Source of the DNA: a virus
Taxonomy: Duplodnaviria; Caudoviricetes
Length of the DNA: 24,072 bases
IMG/VR virus record: IMGVR_UViG_3300014208_000734
Coordinates: 1 to 24,072 of that record
Strand: one strand, 5' to 3'
Shown here: piece after piece, positions 17,741 through 24,072 of the stretch
Layout of the letters: each line of letters begins with the position of its first letter
Position numbering within the stretch: the stretch's first letter is position 1
Position numbers and translations under genes: made by a program
The notes under the pieces: generated by a model
Databases searched by the model: none
What the model saw: the letters and a program-made list of their open reading frames with translations, nothing else
Told to the model about the DNA's origin: nothing

Positions 17741-18143
17741 AATTTTTAAGAGACGATAATTCCAACGCTTCTCGAATTAACTTTTTTTGTTCTTTAGTCA
17801 GTGGTTCTATTTTTGTGGATACACCACCAGATAATTCAAGTTTGTTACTATATCTAGAATTATGCGTTGAAAGATATAACCTAATCGCTTCAATTTTTTT
17901 GTCGCCAATAAGAGAGAAGAGTTGGTTCTCTGCAATGTCGGACATAAAGGTTCTACCCTCATTAAGTGATTTATCGACCTGTTTTTCAAATTTCTTGCTA
18001 TCTTTAATCCAACGATACACAGTTGCACGAGATACACTTACTTTCTGACAAGCGGTTTCGATTGTTGGAGTTCTTTTTAACTGATCAAGAAAAGCCTCCT
18101 TTGATTTATCCTGTCTTATTTTTATTGTGTCTTTTCTGCTCAT
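17718..18143 (-). CDS. HTH protein, probable terminase small subunit
   Basis: 141 aa; HTH IETACQKVSVSRATVYRW...F; directly upstream of and overlapping terL. Confidence 0.75.
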   Translation of the reverse strand: MSRKDTIKIRQDKSKEAFLDQLKRTPTIETACQKVSVSRATVYRWIKDSKKFEKQVDKSLNEGRTFMSDIAENQLFSLIGDKKIEAIRLYLSTHNSRYSNKLELSGGVSTKIEPLTKEQKKLIREALELSSLKNYEKEKRT

Positions 18144-18898
18144 AATTTTTTAGGAATTAAATTAGTAAGTTTCTGCCAGCGTGCCAAAATTGTTTTACAA
18201 TATTCCTCATCTTGCTCAACCCCGACACAGATTCGTTTTGTTTGCTGACATGTTAGAAGGCAAGTCCCCGAACCTAGAAATGGGTCGTAAACCACATCTC
18301 CAATGCGTGTACTGTTTAAAACCAGTCTGCGAATTAGTTCCATTGGCTTGGTGGTCGGATGCATTTTACTTTTGTTCGGCTTTGGACATACCAATACACT
18401 TTTATCTTTTGCTTTTACTAACTCATGAACCCCATACCAACCATAAGCAATCAATTCGTGTTGTGGGGCATAATCCATACGTCCTATAACAGCGTGAGAT
18501 TTGACCCAAATGAGAAGTTGGGCAAATTTGAGTCCTGCCTCAAGCATGCCTTCACGCAGAGCGAATATCATCTTATCTGCATTAAAGATGTAGAAGACGT
18601 TCTTGCGCTCTAGGTGGGGCTTAATAGGTTCAATCCAGTCTATTGTGAACTTCTTATACTCCTCATCTGTTTGAAGATGATCATTGGCTATTACTTTGTT
18701 CTTCGAGAGTGTTTGAAAGTTTTCTTTACTTTCTGTTACTGCTACTCCATATGGTGGGTCACTTATTACCGCCTTTATTTTATAATTGCCCACAAGTTTA
18801 GAGACCAATTCTTTATCTCGACAGTCTGCACATAAAAGTAAATTATCTCCGAGTCGAAAAGCATCTCCGTATTTAATTGAGTTTAATGATTTTTTCAT
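18140..18898 (-). CDS. Beta-class N4/N6 DNA methyltransferase
   Basis: DPPY (motif IV), HPTTKP, YDPFLGSG (motif I). Confidence 0.92.
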   Translation of the reverse strand: MKKSLNSIKYGDAFRLGDNLLLCADCRDKELVSKLVGNYKIKAVISDPPYGVAVTESKENFQTLSKNKVIANDHLQTDEEYKKFTIDWIEPIKPHLERKNVFYIFNADKMIFALREGMLEAGLKFAQLLIWVKSHAVIGRMDYAPQHELIAYGWYGVHELVKAKDKSVLVCPKPNKSKMHPTTKPMELIRRLVLNSTRIGDVVYDPFLGSGTCLLTCQQTKRICVGVEQDEEYCKTILARWQKLTNLIPKKL

Positions 18899-20153
18899 TG
18901 GATATTTTAGAAAATCTATTTAATATTAATTGGCAAAACACTGGTTCGACATCAGCCAGATATGCTCTTCGTTTTAAGGCTTCACAGGCGACCATTAGAC
19001 TTCCTGAACCTGCCGTCAGATCTAGCACTGCATCTCCTGGCTTACTGCATCTTCTTAAACTTTTCTCGTATAAGGTCGGAGGCTTCATTGTGCTATGTTC
19101 ATATTGAGAACTAGGCAAACGCTTTACTAACCAGATTTGAAAGATATCCATAATGTCATCGATCAATCTGTTGCCTGTAGATATCTCCTTATTTTGAAAC
19201 TCTGTTAAATTCTTTACCTTATCAGAAAGGAACGGTTTTCCTTTTATAGAATACATGCACAATTCAACTGCTCGATTAAAAGCAATCTGAGGCGTCGGAT
19301 TATGTGACCCCTTCGCCCAGAGGCAGAGTCTTTTGAAATTGATATTCAACGTCTTGTGAATTTCTTGCATCATCCCCAGATATTTTTCATCCAGCCATGT
19401 AAATACATGACAGTTATCTTTTGTAACTGACAAAGCATTGGAGAGAATATCTGTGAGAAATTTTTTGTATTCAGCTTCAGACTTGCTATCGTTCATTAGA
19501 CCGCCATAGTTTTGCTTGCCTGATAAACCCGAATTGTAATCGATCCCAATGTTATATGGAAAATCTATATTTACCAAATCTATTTTCGTATTTCCAACTA
19601 ACTTTTTTACAGTATTCAGATTTGTGCTATCACCGCAGATAAGGACGTGTTTGCCGAACGAGAAAATATCACCTAACTTGATATCTGTTTTTCTCGCTTC
19701 ATTAATTTCTTTTTCTTCATTGAATTCATCATCAAAGATTTCTAAGCTGTCGTCAAAGATATTACTCAAATCTAAAGAATCAAAACCAGCGGTTAGAAGT
19801 TCATCAATATCAAAATCAGATGCCAATTTTTCAAAATCCCAAGTTCCTCCCGAACGATTACTAATGAGTAAGTAGGCTCTAAATTCCTTCTCGGACAATT
19901 TCCGATTTGGAACTCGTACTTCAATTTCTTCTTCGCCCCGACCTAGGCGTTTAAGTGCTTCAACTCTTCTGTGACCTGCAACAATTACTCCATCTGTATT
20001 TATTGCGACCAACTCGACATAGCCATAAACATCAACACTCGAATCTAATTGATCTTCTTGTGTTTTTGTTATCCTCCTAGGATTCTTTTCATAAGGGGTA
20101 AGTGAATTTACTTTCCTCTTTTCTGTACTCCACACTAATTTTTGTTTTTTCAT
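18873..20153 (-). CDS. ParB-like N-terminal domain fused to DNA methyltransferase
   Basis: ParB-N PYEKNPR...IVAGHRRVEA; methylase domain with DFPY, HSTMKP, LDLTAGSG. Confidence 0.88.
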   Translation of the reverse strand: MKKQKLVWSTEKRKVNSLTPYEKNPRRITKTQEDQLDSSVDVYGYVELVAINTDGVIVAGHRRVEALKRLGRGEEEIEVRVPNRKLSEKEFRAYLLISNRSGGTWDFEKLASDFDIDELLTAGFDSLDLSNIFDDSLEIFDDEFNEEKEINEARKTDIKLGDIFSFGKHVLICGDSTNLNTVKKLVGNTKIDLVNIDFPYNIGIDYNSGLSGKQNYGGLMNDSKSEAEYKKFLTDILSNALSVTKDNCHVFTWLDEKYLGMMQEIHKTLNINFKRLCLWAKGSHNPTPQIAFNRAVELCMYSIKGKPFLSDKVKNLTEFQNKEISTGNRLIDDIMDIFQIWLVKRLPSSQYEHSTMKPPTLYEKSLRRCSKPGDAVLDLTAGSGSLMVACEALKRRAYLADVEPVFCQLILNRFSKISNEKIIKLN

Positions 20154-20307
20154 AACTTAATTCTTTATGTTAATTAATAATCTAATAATATTTATATTTT
20201 ATAATCTGATACCCCGATGTTGGAAATACAAGAAGAAAATTTATCACTTAAATGAGAAGATACTAAAAATGGATTTGTTTCATTTTAGAGTTATAATTGA
20301 GTTACTT

Positions 20308-21024
20308 ATGGAAGCACTATCTAATCAATGTTTGTTTTGTAAAAGCACAGAAAATTCATTTCTTAGTGTTGAACATATTTTTCCAGAATCCTTGGGGAAT
20401 AAGGATAAAATACTGCCCAAGGGAGTAGTTTGTGATAAATGTAATAACGAAATATTGTCTCGTTTAGACGCAGAACTCCTTGAGTTTGAGCCTATTAAAT
20501 TCTTTAGAACTCTTAATGGTATTGAGAATAAAAAAGGTAAAATTCCTGTCTCAAATTTCAATAATGTGACTTTGAGAAACACTGACAAGGATCACATACA
20601 AATTCATGCTAACAGCAAGAAGAATATTACAGACCAAACCGCTCAAGGTTTTAATTTAAACTTCAGAGGAAACAAAAAAATGGATGCTGTCCGACTTAAA
20701 TTACTAGCTAGATCATTATATAAAATTGTTTTAGAGTTAATGGTTCTTGATCATGGTAAAGATTTTGTTTTAACAGAAAGATTTGATGACATAAGAGATA
20801 TTATTCTTGGTAAAAAAGATTTTAATGGATATTTATTGATTGGCTCTAATGAAAAATCTGAAAACCCTAGAGTAACTTATCATCTTAAAAAAGATAATAT
20901 TGGAGAATTTATTGTCGTTGATTTTAATTATCTATTTATAAGAATTCTTTTTGACATGGAACGCAGAACTATCCCAATAGATAATGGGACTAAGCTCGGA
21001 AGATTAACCCTGTCGAAGTTCTAA
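20308..21024 (+). CDS. HNH endonuclease family protein
   Basis: Start probably ATG 20308; CLFC...SVEHIFPESLG...VCDKCNN zinc-finger/HNH motif; TATAAT at 20292-20297. Confidence 0.82.
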   Translation: MEALSNQCLFCKSTENSFLSVEHIFPESLGNKDKILPKGVVCDKCNNEILSRLDAELLEFEPIKFFRTLNGIENKKGKIPVSNFNNVTLRNTDKDHIQIHANSKKNITDQTAQGFNLNFRGNKKMDAVRLKLLARSLYKIVLELMVLDHGKDFVLTERFDDIRDIILGKKDFNGYLLIGSNEKSENPRVTYHLKKDNIGEFIVVDFNYLFIRILFDMERRTIPIDNGTKLGRLTLSKF

Positions 21025-21065
21025 AAATAATAGGTTTTATCGCTGAAAAATTTTATAATTAACAC

Positions 21066-22397
21066 ATGACAAGGCGTGAGACTTTTGTAAAAAAGATACC
21101 AGATGTTGTTAGTTTCTGTATATACGCTCGTAAATCTATGGAGGCAGAAGAGCGACAGGCACTTTCTATTGACTCACAATTAACAGAAATGAGAGTTATT
21201 GCTACTCGTGATAATTTAAAAATCGTTTGCATAAAAACAGAAGCACATTCAGCAAAAAACTCAGGACAAAGAATTGTGTTTAATGAAATGATTCAAGATA
21301 TTAAGAATAAAAAATATAATGCATTGTTGACATGGAATACAGATCGCCTAAGTAGAAATGCTGGCGATTTGGGTCAGGTAGTTGATTTGATGGATAAGGG
21401 TCTTTTGGTTGAAATTCATACGTTTAGTCAAAACTTTACTAATACTCCTAATGATAAATTTCTTTTGATGATCCTTGGTTCACAAGCAAAATTAGAAAAT
21501 GATAATCGAGGAATAAATGTACAAAGAGGACTCAGAACTAGGGTTGAATCTGGATTGTGGCCAGGCGTTGCTCCAACTGGATATCTTAATTCAAATCTTA
21601 AGGATCATTTATGTGAAATAACTATAGACCCTATGCGTGCCCCGATAATAAAAGAAATTTTTGAAAAAGTTGGATATGAGGGGTGGACAAATAGGCAGTT
21701 ATTTTACTGGTTAAAGGAAATAAATTTCAGAACAAGAAATGGAAAATATATAAATATGGGTTCTGTTTACGACATACTCCATCGTACTTTTTATTATGGT
21801 CAATTTGAATATCCTCGTGGAAGTGGAAAATGGTATACAGGTAAACATGAACCTTTAATAACTAAAGAGTTGTTTGAGTCTGTTCAAAAAGTTCTTAGAG
21901 AACATTCAACATCTAGGAGTTACATTCGAGAAAAGAAAGGGCCATTCACATTTGTTCGTTTTGTAAAATGTGGTGTTTGTGGATCTGGTATCACCGCACA
22001 TGAAAAATTCAAAAGACCTAAAAATGGAAAGGTTCATCGTTATGTTTATTATCATTGTAATATGAGTAGAAATCGTAGTTGTAAGAGTTGTTATATAAGT
22101 GAACCAGATTTAATTAAGCAATTTATTAAACTTATTGATACAGTTGATATTAATCTTATTGGAATGAAAGAGGAGATGAATAAAAAAATTGATAAATATT
22201 ATGGATATATAAGTTTTACAACCCAAAAACCAATCCAAGAAAGAACTAATAATAGAAAAGAATTTGATTTAAGAAAATATGCTCAAATTGTCTTTGAGGA
22301 TGGCACAACAGAAGAAAAACTTAATATATTGGAACATTTAAAGGATAAATTGGTACTTAAAAATAAAAGGGTTTACGTTGGTTCTTATGTTGATTAA
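21066..22397 (+). CDS. Large serine recombinase, paralogue of 2968-4302
   Basis: YARKS, ERQALSIDSQ, DRLSRNAGDLG, KFLLMILGSQAKLENDNRGINV, zinc ribbon CGVC...YYHC...C. Confidence 0.93.
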   Translation: MTRRETFVKKIPDVVSFCIYARKSMEAEERQALSIDSQLTEMRVIATRDNLKIVCIKTEAHSAKNSGQRIVFNEMIQDIKNKKYNALLTWNTDRLSRNAGDLGQVVDLMDKGLLVEIHTFSQNFTNTPNDKFLLMILGSQAKLENDNRGINVQRGLRTRVESGLWPGVAPTGYLNSNLKDHLCEITIDPMRAPIIKEIFEKVGYEGWTNRQLFYWLKEINFRTRNGKYINMGSVYDILHRTFYYGQFEYPRGSGKWYTGKHEPLITKELFESVQKVLREHSTSRSYIREKKGPFTFVRFVKCGVCGSGITAHEKFKRPKNGKVHRYVYYHCNMSRNRSCKSCYISEPDLIKQFIKLIDTVDINLIGMKEEMNKKIDKYYGYISFTTQKPIQERTNNRKEFDLRKYAQIVFEDGTTEEKLNILEHLKDKLVLKNKRVYVGSYVD

Positions 22398-22420
22398 GCT
22401 TATTCTCTTAGTCTTGTAAG

Positions 22421-22455
22421 TGAGACACGACACAAACACCCTATATAGTGTCTCA
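22421..22455. repeat. Inverted repeat just downstream of the right LSR, candidate att site
   Basis: TGAGACAC (22421-22428), 19 nt, GTGTCTCA (22448-22455). Confidence 0.5.
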
Positions 22456-22584
22456 TCTGTAGTATTCACAAATAAATAGAAGTAGACTCACATGCCTTAG
22501 CACGATGCCTTAATTAGTGCTAAAATACCCTTACAAGGGTTGTACCTCTGGGTACTTAACTCACATGGCCCGCCAATATTTTTT

Positions 22585-22613
22585 TTGCATTAAATACTAA
22601 AGGTTAGTATAAT
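22585..22613 (+). promoter_or_regulatory. Sigma70-type promoter, probably leaderless
   Basis: TTGCAT (22585-22590), 17 bp, TATAAT (22608-22613), ATG 7 nt later. Confidence 0.7.
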
Positions 22614-22620
22614 TACCTTA

Positions 22621-23088
22621 ATGAATCCAAACGAAAAATTAGAGTGGTCCGCTCTTGAATACGAAGAAAAAGAACGCGGGAATGATTGGTTTTGGGCTCT
22701 TGGAGTGATCATCGTAGCGAGCGCGATAACTTCTTTTATTTATAGTAATTATTTTTTTGGTTTATTTTTAATCATCGGTGGAATATTACTTGCTGTTTTT
22801 GCTATTAAAAAACCAGATTTGGTTTTTTATGAATTAAATGAAAAAGGATTGAAAATTAAGAATCGTCTTTATCCTTACGAAAATATTAAATCTTTTTGGG
22901 TACAAAAAAATGAAACAAAGTCTACCCTCTTTATAAAATCAGAAAGATTATTTATGCCAATAATTTCAATGCCCATAGAACAAAATTTTGCGGGAGAGAT
23001 AAGAAATCTTATGCTCGAAAATAATGTTCTCGAAGAAGAAATGAAGGAACATGTATCCGAAAAAATAATGGACTCATTAGGTTTCTAA
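22621..23088 (+). CDS. Hypothetical membrane protein (two TM helices plus PH-like domain), probably a host gene
   Basis: 155 aa; LEWSALEYEEKER..DWFW then two hydrophobic helices; resembles a family I recall from Parcubacteria. Confidence 0.75.
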   Translation: MNPNEKLEWSALEYEEKERGNDWFWALGVIIVASAITSFIYSNYFFGLFLIIGGILLAVFAIKKPDLVFYELNEKGLKIKNRLYPYENIKSFWVQKNETKSTLFIKSERLFMPIISMPIEQNFAGEIRNLMLENNVLEEEMKEHVSEKIMDSLGF

Positions 23089-23153
23089 AAATTGGAGTCT
23101 TTTGGGAACGCCTCGCGTGCAAAGTTTGTGCTCTTTTTCGTGTCAGTGCTTTG

Positions 23154-23225
23154 TGACCCTGGCAGGAATCGAACCTGCATCATAACTTCCGCAAAGTTAC
23201 GTCCTATCCATTGAACGACAGGGCC
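23154..23225 (-). tRNA. tRNA-Arg(GCG)
   Basis: Reverse complement: acceptor GGCCCTG/CAGGGTC, anticodon arm TAACT-TT-GCG-GA-AGTTA, T arm GCAGG-TTCGATT-CCTGC; CCA not encoded. Confidence 0.95.
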
Positions 23226-23252
23226 AAGTAACTTTAGCCTACCAGTTTTTGA

Positions 23253-24072
23253 CTAAAAATCCAAGTAAGATATTCTCGTAGAATAGCGATACCAGAAAAA
23301 AGTTAAAAATGCTGCTAAAAAGAATATCCAAGTAAGAATAGGCCCTGGCAAATAAACATCGGCCATTTCCCATAGACTAATCCAATTTAAAGAGATTGAA
23401 CCATTTACAGTAGCAACATTATCAAGAAGGTTATTATCTTGCAACTTAATTGTTTCAAGATTTCTTTGGGTGTTTTTGATTTGTCCATCGACTCTATTAA
23501 TTTTTGTCTGAAAATTTTTATTTTCACTTGCGACTTCTGATTGAATCACATTCATTTCTGTTTGCAGTTGGCTAATTCTATTTACAATTTCTGCTTTACG
23601 CATCGCGGTAGCCTGAGAGTACTCAATATTGAGTGTATTTATCTCTGCATTTATAGAATTGATTCTAATTTGGTAAGCAGAACTATTTTGGTTGTGATTC
23701 TTCACAATCTGCCCACGTTCAATTTGTAAATTGCTTAAATTTTTCTCAGCCTGTTCTTGATTCCTTTCAATCATTTGTTTCTCCCCCAAAAGATTTTGAG
23801 AATTTATCTGTTCGCTATAAAATTTTTCTCCAACCAAATCTTTTATTCCTATTTTGAAAGCTTCTAAATTATCTTTGGGTATAACAAAATTAATATATCC
23901 ATTTCTATCTCCATCGTTTGAGGAGTCCACGCGCCCATTCAAACCACGAATGATTGTTTCTGCTCTGGTTTTTAAATCAGTAATGTGTCTAGTGCGAAGG
24001 GTGGCATTATAATTAACTTTCAAAAATTCTCTATTGTCAGAAATGGGTAGTCCTTCTTCTCGATAGAAAGGG
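23253..24072 (-). CDS. DUF4349-like coiled-coil membrane-anchored protein, 5' partial
   Basis: The frame stays open from 24023 to the window edge (PFYREEGLPISDNREF...); alpha/beta segment, long coiled coil, C-terminal TM helix. Confidence 0.6.
   Translation of the reverse strand, partial: PFYREEGLPISDNREFLKVNYNATLRTRHITDLKTRAETIIRGLNGRVDSSNDGDRNGYINFVIPKDNLEAFKIGIKDLVGEKFYSEQINSQNLLGEKQMIERNQEQAEKNLSNLQIERGQIVKNHNQNSSAYQIRINSINAEINTLNIEYSQATAMRKAEIVNRISQLQTEMNVIQSEVASENKNFQTKINRVDGQIKNTQRNLETIKLQDNNLLDNVATVNGSISLNWISLWEMADVYLPGPILTWIFFLAAFLTFFWYRYSTRISYLDF

Larger units (their letters stand above)
122..22500. mobile_element. tRNA-Ser-associated genomic island with two large serine recombinases, defence cargo and a terminase module (boundaries approximate)
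   Basis: Begins directly after a tRNA; contains two LSRs, R-M/TIR/PIN/HNH genes and phage-type terminase genes; host-like genes and a tRNA resume after 22.6 kb. No exact tRNA 3' duplication was found, so the ends are inferred. Confidence 0.7.

Noticed and set aside
16295-20153. Intact prophage
   Set aside because: No portal, capsid, tail, lysis, repressor or replication genes in the island.
230-23729. Numerous 60-134 aa ORFs antisense to or nested in the large genes
   Set aside because: They are shadows of well-supported CDSs and have no recognisable motifs.
1-24072. CRISPR array, IS transposase or rRNA
   Set aside because: No regularly spaced repeats, cas genes, DDE/HUH transposase motifs or rRNA-like sequence were seen.

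Overview
AT-rich bacterial window, inferred to be CPR/Patescibacteria (Parcubacteria-like) from SD-less starts, tRNA-Arg(GCG) and the style of the flanking genes. Most of it is a ~22 kb accessory island starting just after tRNA-Ser(TGA) and ending near 22.5 kb. In order it carries: a stand-alone RecD-like SF1B helicase; a large serine recombinase (LSR, - strand); a ~10.6 kb + strand defence operon (half-size HsdS, DUF3892-like protein, hsdM, TIR / 3-TM protein / TIR, hsdS, hsdR, M48/YgjP-like protein, ImmA/IrrE-like protein lacking HExxH, PIN-like protein); a strongly structured ~170 nt non-coding region; two small genes; a - strand ParB-methylase / methylase / small terminase / large terminase module with no portal or capsid genes; an HNH nuclease; and a second, paralogous LSR (+ strand). 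A membrane-protein gene, tRNA-Arg(GCG) and a partial DUF4349-like gene follow. Best leads: (1) a Thoeris-like TIR-TM-TIR cassette with a non-canonical effector nested inside a type I R-M operon; (2) an unannotated RNA with three canonical tetraloops; (3) 21-bp inverted repeats exactly bracketing the defence operon; (4) a capsid-less terminase module on a two-recombinase element. All protein family calls come from motif recognition by eye, not database searches.
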